Below, piece by piece: positions 35,316 to 43,673 of a stretch of 64,000 bases of DNA. Position 1 is the stretch's first letter. Each line of letters begins with the position of its first letter. A model generated the notes under the pieces. It saw only the letters and a program-made list of their open reading frames with translations. It made no database searches and was not told where the DNA came from. Source of the stretch: an uncultured Dehalococcoidales bacterium (lineage in GTDB: Bacteria > Chloroflexota > Dehalococcoidia > GIF9 > UBA5629); the NCBI GenBank assembly GCA_964554375.1, contig CAZKOL010000005.1, positions 2,859 through 66,858 of the forward strand, given 5' to 3'. Both the position numbers and the translations under genes were made by a program.

Positions 35316-36312
35316 AAAGATATTGCTGGCGCACGGCAGCGGAAGCAGGCTCAGCCACGACCTCATCTCAAAGGTGCTGGCGCCGGTTGTTATGAACCCG
35401 GTGCTCGCACATATGGATGATTCAGCAGTGCTGGACCTGTCAGGCAGGCTGGCATTCACAACCGACAGTTATGTGGTCAATCCCATCTTCTTCCCGGGAG
35501 GAGATATCGGCAGGCTGGCCGTCTGCGGCACAGTCAACGACCTGTCCATGAGCGGGGCTAAACCACTTTACATCAGTCTGGCCCTCATAATCGAAGAGGG
35601 GCTGGACATCGACGACCTGCGTCGCATTATGGAATCAGTCAGGGAGGCCATCGTTGAGGCCGATGTCCTGGTCGTGACCGGTGATACCAAAGTGGTGGAC
35701 CGCGGCAAGGCTGACCGCCTTTTCATCAATACGGCGGGGATCGGCGTGATCGCAGGCGAGGAAAATATATCCGGCTCCAACGCCAGGCCCGGCGATAAAA
35801 TAATCTTGAGCGGAGGCATCGGCGAACATGGGATGGCCGTGATGAGCCAGCGCGAGGGGTTGCATTTCTCGCTCCCGCTGCCCAGCGACTGCGCACCACT
35901 CAACCACCTGGTAGCCACAATGATGGCTGCCAGCAGCAATATACACAGCCTTCGTGACCCCACCAGGGGTGGGCTGGCCTCCACGCTCAACGAATTTGCC
36001 AGTCAGTCGAACGTAGGCATTGTCATAGAAGAGGATAAAATACCGGTGCATGACGGTGTGCGCGGGTCCTGCGAATTGCTGGGGCTTGATCCACTGTATA
36101 TCGCCAACGAGGGTAAACTGGTGGCCGTGGTAGCTGAAGGCGATGCCGCCAGGGTTCTATCAGCCATGAGGGAAAATAAATACGCCCGTCAGGCGGTTGT
36201 TATCGGCGAAGTGACGGCCGGGCACAGAGGCAGAGTGGTAATGAAGACCAGAATAGGTTCGTCTCGTATCGTTGATATGCCTGTCGGCGAGCTGCTGCCG
36301 CGTATCTGCTGA
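35308..36312 (+). CDS. hypE: Hydrogenase maturation protein HypE
   Basis: 'LLAHGSGSRLSHDLI', 'DPTRGGLASTLNE' and the C-terminal 'PRIC'. The ATG at 35308 (GGAG 6 nt upstream) overlaps the hypD TGA as ATGGGTGA. An alternative ATG lies at 35296. Confidence 0.9.
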   Translation: MGEKILLAHGSGSRLSHDLISKVLAPVVMNPVLAHMDDSAVLDLSGRLAFTTDSYVVNPIFFPGGDIGRLAVCGTVNDLSMSGAKPLYISLALIIEEGLDIDDLRRIMESVREAIVEADVLVVTGDTKVVDRGKADRLFINTAGIGVIAGEENISGSNARPGDKIILSGGIGEHGMAVMSQREGLHFSLPLPSDCAPLNHLVATMMAASSNIHSLRDPTRGGLASTLNEFASQSNVGIVIEEDKIPVHDGVRGSCELLGLDPLYIANEGKLVAVVAEGDAARVLSAMRENKYARQAVVIGEVTAGHRGRVVMKTRIGSSRIVDMPVGELLPRIC

Positions 36313-36319
36313 GCAATCC

Positions 36320-36784
36320 ATGAAGAAGCCGGGCATTATGATACTGGGAATCGGCAACCTGCTCTGCCGCGATGACGGCATCGGTGTTCGCATCGCCGGT
36401 GAGATGCAGGGCATGGATAAATACAGCGGGATACGCATCGTGGACGGTGGCACCTCCCCCGATCTTTTTAGCCTGCTGGATGATAATGTTTATAAATTAA
36501 TCATAGTGGATGCGCTGCGGAGCAGCGGCCGACCGGGCGATATCTATCGGCTTGACCTGCATGACGAAAATATTGCTGACGGGCCAACCACCTCACTGCA
36601 CGGGATGGGTGTGCTCGACAGCCTGAAGCTGATGAAGCAGCTCGGGCAGCAGCCCCCGCAGGTGACTGTCATCGGGATCGAGCCGGCCGATGTTTCCCAC
36701 GGTCTTGAGCTTTCACCCGTTATAGAATCGATGGTACCGGCTATCATCGGGGCTGTGGAAAACGAGATCGGACGGCTGGATTGA
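36320..36784 (+). CDS. Hydrogenase maturation endopeptidase (HyaD/HycI/FrhD family)
   Basis: 'IMILGIGNLLCRDDGIGVRIA' and 'LHGMGV'. The start is the ATG at 36320, 8 nt after the hypE stop. Confidence 0.85.
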   Translation: MKKPGIMILGIGNLLCRDDGIGVRIAGEMQGMDKYSGIRIVDGGTSPDLFSLLDDNVYKLIIVDALRSSGRPGDIYRLDLHDENIADGPTTSLHGMGVLDSLKLMKQLGQQPPQVTVIGIEPADVSHGLELSPVIESMVPAIIGAVENEIGRLD

Positions 36785-36853
36785 AATAGGCTGCCGGTTG
36801 TGCTTAAATTAGATTGACCTTGAATTAGCGACAGTTAAGATGGACATGAGATA

Positions 36854-37123
36854 ATGAGCCCCAAGGAATTTGCACAGGACGTAAAAGATAAGGCTTTCAT
36901 ACGACAAAAAAGAGCCTGTGCCCATTGCGGTCATGAGGTCGAGGTGGATTCCGGATACGCCCACTTGAAGAAGCCGGCGGAACTGGGAGGGGACACTTCA
37001 CTGCAGAACTGCGTCGTACTCTGCCGGCAATGCCACTTGCAGTACGGCCACATCGGCAAGTGGGCCAAATTCGTCATCACCCAGGACTACCCCAATTTTT
37101 CGGCCGACGGCATGCCGCGCTGA
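36854..37123 (+). CDS. Small stand-alone HNH-motif protein (89 aa)
   Basis: 'CAHCGH...AHLKKPAELGGDTSLQNCVVLCRQCH' has the CxxC ... H ... N ... CxxCH HNH/zinc-finger layout. Confidence 0.6.
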   Translation: MSPKEFAQDVKDKAFIRQKRACAHCGHEVEVDSGYAHLKKPAELGGDTSLQNCVVLCRQCHLQYGHIGKWAKFVITQDYPNFSADGMPR

Positions 37124-37224
37124 CATTCGAACGGTGATGACTGCCAGCAGACCATGCCACGGCGCCGCGAGGACCACGCACCAATATCAGTTTAACCGGG
37201 CTGCTTCATTTCGCGCGACTCGGC

Positions 37225-38403
37225 CTATTCAGGTTTGAGGAAGCTGACTGTGGCGCCGGTCATGACAAACTGGTACTGCGTACCCTGCATATCAACTTTC
37301 CAGATGCCATAGCTTCCTGCAACGCGTTCACCCGACTGGTCGAAAGTGATAGACCCGCTGGCCCCGTGATAATTGTTACCGACTGCCAGTAGCGCGTCCC
37401 TGATCGCCCCGCCGTTATAGGTGTTGGCTTTCTTCAGAGACATTGCTATCATATTGATTCCATCGTAGACAGTATCGCAATAAACAGTGGGGTCGAACTG
37501 GTAAGTGTTTTTGTAGTTATAGGCGAAGGCCTTGTACACGGGGGACTGTTCATCCGGTACGGGTACAGTGCCCGTGACAGCTTTTTCCATAAACCTGGCG
37601 GCATCAAGGTATTTCTCCAGCGGCATATCGTAAGACCCGTCAACTGCTATCCAGGGTATATTATCCATGCCCTCCTTAAGCGCTTGCGCATAGACCACAG
37701 CCCCGTCAGTGTACAACCCTACATACAGTACACAATCCGGCCCGGCTTCTTTGATAGTGTTGAGCTCTGACAGGTAGCTCAGCTTGGCGGGGTCGTACCT
37801 CAGTGAGGCAACGATCTCCGCGCTTCCCTTCAGATGTTCTTTAGCAGTCTCCTCAATCCCTTTGCCGTAAACCGTGTCCTGAATGAGCATGGCAACCTTT
37901 TTGTATCCCCTGTCTTTAATGAGCATGGACACGACGCCGCCCTGCAGGGAATCGCCCGGGCAGACACGGAAGGCCCATCTTGACCAGCTGTAACCCCCCA
38001 GGGTGCTTGATGTTGCAGACGGTGACACGAGCAGCACTCCCTTGCTCTCCAGGTAGGGGCCTGCTGCCATCACATCTTCACTGTTGACGCAGCCTATTAT
38101 TACCTGAATCTTTTGTTCTTCGACCAGCTTGTGGACCGCGTACAGGGCGGTAGCCGCAGACGGCCCCTGGTCCTCTACGACAAGGCGGAGCTTCTTGCCA
38201 TCCAGGCCACCCTGCCCGTTGATCTCATCCACAGCAAACTGAGCAGCCTTGATGAGGTTAGGCCCCCCGGCAGGTGCGCTGGAGAGCGGCATGACACAGC
38301 CGATGGGTATATCTGCCGGCAATTCCTGCTGCGGGACGCATGCTGGAATCAAGCAAAAGGCAAATAATACGAAAACGGCTATAGCCAAGTAAATTTTTCT
38401 CAT
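37225..38403 (-). CDS. Orphan ABC-type substrate-binding lipoprotein (LivJ/Peripla_BP_6-like)
   Basis: Signal peptide with lipobox 'LIPAC' and a type-I periplasmic-binding-fold layout. No permease or ATPase genes are adjacent. Confidence 0.75.
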   Translation of the reverse strand: MRKIYLAIAVFVLFAFCLIPACVPQQELPADIPIGCVMPLSSAPAGGPNLIKAAQFAVDEINGQGGLDGKKLRLVVEDQGPSAATALYAVHKLVEEQKIQVIIGCVNSEDVMAAGPYLESKGVLLVSPSATSSTLGGYSWSRWAFRVCPGDSLQGGVVSMLIKDRGYKKVAMLIQDTVYGKGIEETAKEHLKGSAEIVASLRYDPAKLSYLSELNTIKEAGPDCVLYVGLYTDGAVVYAQALKEGMDNIPWIAVDGSYDMPLEKYLDAARFMEKAVTGTVPVPDEQSPVYKAFAYNYKNTYQFDPTVYCDTVYDGINMIAMSLKKANTYNGGAIRDALLAVGNNYHGASGSITFDQSGERVAGSYGIWKVDMQGTQYQFVMTGATVSFLKPE

Positions 38404-38582
38404 TTCACACTCCCGGGCAAACTAATTATCTGTTGCTGTATATGGATGCCATTATTATAACATTTACTGCCTGCCCCTATTATGTGTAATTTTTACTGAT
38501 TTCAATAATCAATGTAAAATAGTCGGGTAAGGCCTGGCCATTTCCTGTGTCGATTACGGGCGAGGGACCGCAAGGAGGGAGG

Positions 38583-40835
38583 ATGCAGGTAACCCGGAGT
38601 AATTTTATGGACGTGATTTCCGACAGGACAGATGTCCTGAGAATATTGCCGGAGGCGGCGGCAGAACTCTGTACCGCGCTTTTCAGGAACTCGCCGGCGG
38701 GTATTTATATTACACGCGACGGTAAGTTCATCTACACCAACATCGAGTTCCGCCACATCACAGGCTACAGCCAGGACGAGCTGTCCGGCAAGGACTATCA
38801 GCGGCTGATCAACCCCCGCTACCGCCAGATGCCCAAGCAGAACGTGGCCTCTTTCTTCGAGGAGGACGAAGGCACCAGCCACGAGTTCAAGATCACAACC
38901 CGCGAAGGTAAGAAGAAATGGATCGCTGAGAAAATAACCTATTTCAAATACGGGGGGAACTGGCTGACACTGGGCCACTGGCTGGATATAACGGAACATC
39001 ACTCGGTGGAAAAGGCCTGGCGCGAGGCTGAAAGGCGCTTCCAGCTGGCCTTCGAAGACCTCTCTACCGGCCTGACCATCATCAGCACAGAAGGCATCTT
39101 CCTCAAGGTCAACAAGTCTTTCTGCGATATGGTTGGATACGAGGAAAGGGAGATCCTGGAGAGCCGCTTCGACGATATCCTGCCTCCCCGGGACAGGGAA
39201 GCAGGTGGCGATATCATGGCGCTCTTCCTGGGGATGGATAAACCGGAACTGCCGATCCAGCGGAGGCTGCAGGCCAGGGATGGACAAATCCTGTGGGCAG
39301 CCATGAGCATATCGCTTATCGGGGACAATGAGGCAGGTCCATCATATTTCATAGTTCACTTCCAGGATATAACCGAGCAGAAAAGGATCGAAAACGGCTT
39401 GAAAGAGGAGGAACGGCTATACCGCCGGGTGGTCGACCTTGCGTTGGAACCCGTGGCCTTAACCGACCTCGATTGCCGCATCACGCACGTTTCGGGGAAC
39501 CTGCTGCGCCTGCTTGGATGCCAGAAAGAGGATCTGCTGGGATACGGCATAGAGAACCTTGTGACCGCCTCCCCGGGCCAGGAACTTCAGGGCCGGGTCA
39601 TGGACATCGTCAGGAAAGGCACGCCGGAGGAGACTGAAGTCACACTCAGAAAAAAAGACGGATTGCCCCTGCCCTGCCAAATGCAGGTAGCATGGACAGA
39701 TAATGACCTGGGAACCCCGGCCAGCCTGGTCCTCAGCTTCAGAACGCATGCAATGCCGGCGGAACAACCGTCTGCCGGTGTACCTCCCGTTGTGCAGCCG
39801 GCAGCCGCACCTGCTGATGAGCCATCGCAGGCAGGCATATCATTTGATATAGCATCCGCAGCCGCCATATTGATTAACCAGGACACCACCATTGCAGCAA
39901 TTAACGCCGGTTTTGAGGTTCTCTCCGGCTATACGAAGCAGGAAGTCGAGGGTAAGAAGAGCTGGATAGAATTCGTGGCCGGCCAGGATCAGGCCAGGCT
40001 GAAACGCTATCACCTGCTGCGCCAGATCGACTCTGAATCAGCCCCCAGCACCTACGAATTCAAGTTCGCCTGCAAGGACGGAACAACCAGGGACGTGGTT
40101 ATATTTATCAACCCCGTACAGGGCACTGAACAACAATCAGCAACGCTAATCGACCTTGCTGCACACAGGAGGGCTGACATCGCTGAGAAAGAGGCTCAGG
40201 ATGAGGAGATCTGCCACCTGAGGCAGGCCGGGGAACAGGCCGGGCGCAGCCTTGAGAATCTTCACAGGATGGTGCAAGGCCTGGTTGCGGCCATGGCCAG
40301 GATAATCGAGATGAGGGATCCATACACCGACGGCCATCAGGAGCGCGTCTCAAAGCTGGCCTGCGCCATAGCCAGGGAGATGGGCATGTCCGGGGAACGG
40401 CTGGAAGGGATCGAGATAGCTGCCAAGATACACGACATCGGCAAGGTCTACGTACCCATGGAGATACTCAGCAAGCCGGGTGCGTTGACTGGTATAGAAC
40501 GCCAGGTGATCCAGACACATGCAGAGGGCAGCTATGAGATGCTCAAATCGATTGAGTTCCCCTGGCCTATCGCCGAGGTTGTGCTGCAGCACCACGAAAG
40601 GCTGGACGGCTCGGGCTATCCACGTGGTTTGAAAGGGGAAGAGATTTGTATGGATGCGAGGATACTCATGGTGGCCGATGTGGTCGAGGCCATGGCGTCC
40701 CATCGCGCCTACCGGCCCAGCCTGGGTATAGAACCTGCCCTGCAGGAGATCTCAGGAAACTCCGGAACTTTATATGACAGCGATGTTTCGGCCGCTTGTT
40801 TGCGCCTTTTCCGCGAAAAGGATTTTTCTTTTTGA
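38583..40835 (+). CDS. Multi-PAS HD-GYP c-di-GMP phosphodiesterase
   Basis: SD GGAGGGAGG with ATG at 38583. PAS units are followed by the C-terminal 'KIHDIGKVYVP' and 'HHERLDGSGYPRGL'. The C-terminal ~180 aa are clearly paralogous to those of the 6470-10414 protein. Confidence 0.88.
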   Translation: MQVTRSNFMDVISDRTDVLRILPEAAAELCTALFRNSPAGIYITRDGKFIYTNIEFRHITGYSQDELSGKDYQRLINPRYRQMPKQNVASFFEEDEGTSHEFKITTREGKKKWIAEKITYFKYGGNWLTLGHWLDITEHHSVEKAWREAERRFQLAFEDLSTGLTIISTEGIFLKVNKSFCDMVGYEEREILESRFDDILPPRDREAGGDIMALFLGMDKPELPIQRRLQARDGQILWAAMSISLIGDNEAGPSYFIVHFQDITEQKRIENGLKEEERLYRRVVDLALEPVALTDLDCRITHVSGNLLRLLGCQKEDLLGYGIENLVTASPGQELQGRVMDIVRKGTPEETEVTLRKKDGLPLPCQMQVAWTDNDLGTPASLVLSFRTHAMPAEQPSAGVPPVVQPAAAPADEPSQAGISFDIASAAAILINQDTTIAAINAGFEVLSGYTKQEVEGKKSWIEFVAGQDQARLKRYHLLRQIDSESAPSTYEFKFACKDGTTRDVVIFINPVQGTEQQSATLIDLAAHRRADIAEKEAQDEEICHLRQAGEQAGRSLENLHRMVQGLVAAMARIIEMRDPYTDGHQERVSKLACAIAREMGMSGERLEGIEIAAKIHDIGKVYVPMEILSKPGALTGIERQVIQTHAEGSYEMLKSIEFPWPIAEVVLQHHERLDGSGYPRGLKGEEICMDARILMVADVVEAMASHRAYRPSLGIEPALQEISGNSGTLYDSDVSAACLRLFREKDFSF

Positions 40836-40890
40836 CCCTATCCCCTAAACTTTCTTGTGTCCCTCGCCGTTTGCCCGTTGAGCCGGTCGT

Positions 40891-41643
40891 TCATAGCCGC
40901 CGCAGGCCCTCTCTTTGCCTCAACGCTTCATACATTACCACGGCAGCCGCTACAGACGCGTTGAGAGACGTGATCTTGCCCTTCATGGGTATGGAGGCCA
41001 CCCAATCACATCTCTTGCGCACCAGTTCCGAGAGGCCATGGCCCTCGCCACCTATTACTATGGCCACAGGCAGCGTCAAATCCAGTGAGCGGTAATCAGC
41101 CTGCCCATCCATGTCTATGCCCATGACCCATACACCATTTTTCTTGAGGGTAACCACCGCCTGGGAGATATTGGCCACTCTGGCTATATTGATATACTCC
41201 ACAGCCCCCGCCGAGGCTTTTACTACGGCTGGCGTTATGCCAGCAGCCCTTCGCTCACGTATGACCACCCCGTGAACACCCGTGGCCTCCGCAGTCCTCA
41301 AAATGGCGCCCAGGTTATGCGGGTCCTCGATACCGTCCAGCATCAGGTACAAGGGCGGGGCGGGCTTTGCCCGCGAGGCGGCCATTAACTCGCCCAGGTC
41401 CATCAATGCTCTGGCTTCGGTGAAGGCCATTACCCCCTGGCTGGAGCCGGTGGAACCAAGTTGTTCAATGACCTGCCTTTCAACGAATTCCACCGGTACA
41501 CCCCTGGCCTTAGACAGTGTCAAGACCAGGTCCACGACCCCGTGCCTCCTGATATTGCGGTCCATCAGTATCTTGCTGATAGGACGGCCGGCCTTGAGGG
41601 CCTCGATCACCGGATTTCTTCCCTCGATCAACTTCACAGCCAC
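40891..41643 (-). CDS. rlmB: 23S rRNA (guanosine-2'-O)-methyltransferase, TrmH/SpoU family
   Basis: 'GRNPVIEAL', 'LDGIEDPHNLGAILRTAEATG', 'GEGHGLS' and 'IPMKGKITSLNASVAAAV'. Confidence 0.85.
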   Translation of the reverse strand: MAVKLIEGRNPVIEALKAGRPISKILMDRNIRRHGVVDLVLTLSKARGVPVEFVERQVIEQLGSTGSSQGVMAFTEARALMDLGELMAASRAKPAPPLYLMLDGIEDPHNLGAILRTAEATGVHGVVIRERRAAGITPAVVKASAGAVEYINIARVANISQAVVTLKKNGVWVMGIDMDGQADYRSLDLTLPVAIVIGGEGHGLSELVRKRCDWVASIPMKGKITSLNASVAAAVVMYEALRQREGLRRL

Positions 41644-41699
41644 CCTCCTGCCGTCCCCACACCAAACGCTAATTCACTGGCCAGCATGAGCAACGTTTT

Positions 41700-42155
41700 T
41701 CAGCCCTCGACCTTCAATTCCATCACTTCCTGAAAATTACGCACTACGTAATATCTCTTGACCTTAACTCTAAATAGTGCAGAATCGGGAGAATGCACGA
41801 ATTTCTCAAGGTTGTGATGCTTGATAAGATAGAGGTTGCGCAGGCTCTCTGATTCTTTCTCCTTGACCTCTTCCGCTGTCCCGATAGCGGTGACCGCCAC
41901 GGCATTGCGGAAATCGGAATCCCGGTTAGTGCGGTTGTCGATCAGCATCGAAACGTTGTTATTAGAGAGGATGTTGGAGTATTTGTTAGTAGCCCGCTTG
42001 GTAGCGAATATTATGCTCTTTAGATCCTCGGTGGTGGCAAAGGCAACCAGATTGCTGTAAGGACGTGTGAGTTGCTGCGTGGCCAGCGCAGCAAACAACT
42101 GGCTGCGGAAAAGCTCTTTAAGCAATTTTTTCAACTGAAGCTCGTCATCGTTCAT
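41700..42155 (-). CDS. Pyridoxamine 5'-phosphate oxidase-family (FMN-binding split-barrel) protein
   Basis: 'LATQQLTRPYSNLVAFATTEDLKSIIFATKRATNKYSNI' resembles PNPOx-like proteins. The gene is noticeably AT-richer than its neighbours. Confidence 0.55.
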   Translation of the reverse strand: MNDDELQLKKLLKELFRSQLFAALATQQLTRPYSNLVAFATTEDLKSIIFATKRATNKYSNILSNNNVSMLIDNRTNRDSDFRNAVAVTAIGTAEEVKEKESESLRNLYLIKHHNLEKFVHSPDSALFRVKVKRYYVVRNFQEVMELKVEG

Positions 42156-42260
42156 GTCCCGCGCCCCGTCGGTATTTTACCCCATTTAACTGGCTGCGGC
42201 CTGTTGACAGCCCGGATAACGTCTTCCTGGTTATCTTGGCTGAAGAAGCGTACCCGGGGT

Positions 42261-42821
42261 TTATTTATCGGTCATCTCGCCGATGCTGACAATGCGCTCC
42301 TTATTGAGCGCAACAAAATCAAAATGTGACCGGTCTCCCGGCATAGCCGGCTCAATCTCCGCCTGAGTCAATGCCATAAATCGTTCCTCTGTTTCCAGCG
42401 TGTCGGTTATCTGACCCCAGGTATCGATATAGATACAGCCTTTTATCCTGTAAGGCGTCGCCGCAGCCCCGACGGCATAGGCCATTACTGTCACCGGCAG
42501 CTTCTCTCTGAACGGATAAGTGGTGAGCGGTTTACCGGGTGTGGCGCTCTTGGCCTGCGCCACGAAGATTATATTGTTTTTCGATATATGCAGGCGGGGC
42601 ACTATTGTTGTGCCGCCTTTAAGGTCACTGACTGAGACGTCCGACAGGGGCAGGAAATCCCTTATCCTCGGCCGTGTATCCGCCCTGACCCCTTCGTTAA
42701 GGGCATCTATCAGGCGTTGGCTGAAATCGCAACGGATGCTGCCGCTGAATACCAGCGCCTCCGTGCACACCAGCACATCCAATTGCCGGTAAAGTTCTGA
42801 ACCTGCTGATTCAGGATCCAT
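42261..42821 (-). CDS. Hypothetical protein with two homologous ~85-aa halves
   Basis: There is an internal repeat. 'SGSIRCDFSQRLIDALNEG...RDFLPLSDVSV...LHISKNNIIFV' aligns with 'KGCIYIDTWGQITDTLETE...ERFMALTQAEI...FVALNKERIVSI'. I recognise no known family. Confidence 0.55.
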   Translation of the reverse strand: MDPESAGSELYRQLDVLVCTEALVFSGSIRCDFSQRLIDALNEGVRADTRPRIRDFLPLSDVSVSDLKGGTTIVPRLHISKNNIIFVAQAKSATPGKPLTTYPFREKLPVTVMAYAVGAAATPYRIKGCIYIDTWGQITDTLETEERFMALTQAEIEPAMPGDRSHFDFVALNKERIVSIGEMTDK

Positions 42822-43040
42822 CGAGATTCCCCTCTAACCTCTGCTTGCTGCAAAGGAAACCAGTGTTTATATACTATGGCAGGAGCGAGTTGCCCTGTCA
42901 AGCATCCGGGATTTGTATAAACCATTCTACCTGCCCTTCGTTATATATAGCACGACGTCCACCAAAGGGGGGATCAATGTGCATTTAAACAAGGCGATTA
43001 CTGACAACCCCGAGCGATTATTATTTTTGGAGGTTACAAG

Positions 43041-43532
43041 TTGAGACACATTTTCCAAGGTCTTCTTACTCTATTCATGGGGATATTAATGGTCCTGCCT
43101 GCCGTAGCGCCTGCGCAGGCAGATTCCAGCAAAGTCAATCCGGTCCCGCTGATAAGGAAACAGGCGCTGATGATCAAGGTCAACAATTCGGTTGAGGTGG
43201 GCCAGCCGGTGGAGGGGGCATCAGTCTATTCACTAAAAGTGGCTAACAACAAGGATATAAAACAAATGCCTCCCACAGCCAACAACGTCAAGGCGCAAAT
43301 AGTCCGGGCATGGAACGATGCTGATAGCGTCAGAGAAAAAGGTGTGCTGGTTGGCAATACGGACAGCGCCGGCCAGGTCTCGTATAGCTTCCCCTCCCCC
43401 GGACAATATATGCTGGCGGCCTTCAAGGATGGCTTCATCACCGGTATCGCCAGAACCAATGTCCTGCGTGCAGCTGGCGTAACCACCGTCCCACTTCTGC
43501 AATCGACCACAACAACAGCAATAGAGGAGTAA
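43041..43532 (+). CDS. Secreted hypothetical protein (Ig/CarboxypepD_reg-like C-terminal part, tentative)
   Basis: TTG start 7 nt after GGAGG and a signal peptide ending 'APAQA'. 'GNTDSAGQVSYSFPSPGQYMLAAFKDGF' resembles carboxypeptidase-regulatory-like beta-sandwiches. Confidence 0.55.
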   Translation: MRHIFQGLLTLFMGILMVLPAVAPAQADSSKVNPVPLIRKQALMIKVNNSVEVGQPVEGASVYSLKVANNKDIKQMPPTANNVKAQIVRAWNDADSVREKGVLVGNTDSAGQVSYSFPSPGQYMLAAFKDGFITGIARTNVLRAAGVTTVPLLQSTTTTAIEE

Positions 43533-43543
43533 AGACAGGCTAT

Positions 43544-43579
43544 GTACGCAGGGGCGGGGCTGAAGCCCCGCCCTCGTAC
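43544..43579 (+). terminator. GC-rich hairpin immediately after the 43041-43532 stop
   Basis: gtacg-cag-ggcggggc-tgaa-gccccgcc-ct-cgtac. The core is a 9-bp stem (gggcggggc / gccccgccc) with a tetraloop, and an outer 5-bp stem surrounds it. Confidence 0.55.
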
Positions 43580-43596
43580 ATACTTATGTAACACTG

Positions 43597-43649
43597 TAGG
43601 GGCTTACCTTCAGGTGCGCCCACCTCCGGGCGGGTTTGAAAACCCGCCC
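43597..43649. repeat. Composite intergenic repeat: 25-mer 'TAGGGGCTTACCTTCAGGTGCGCCC' plus a GGGCGGGTTT hairpin
   Basis: The 25-mer (43597-43621) recurs at 46129-46153 with 22/25 identity. The hairpin gggcgggttt-ga-aaacccgccc (43628-43649) is near-identical to the one at 2659-2680. Confidence 0.65.
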
Positions 43650-43673
43650 CTATACCGTCCGATTGAGCAACAG

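Noticed and set aside
36854-37123. The HNH ORF as evidence of a mobile element, homing endonuclease or defence system
   Set aside because: There is no flanking intron, intein, integrase, restriction-modification, terminase or repeat signature. It is a single small gene, so only a low-interest finding was kept.
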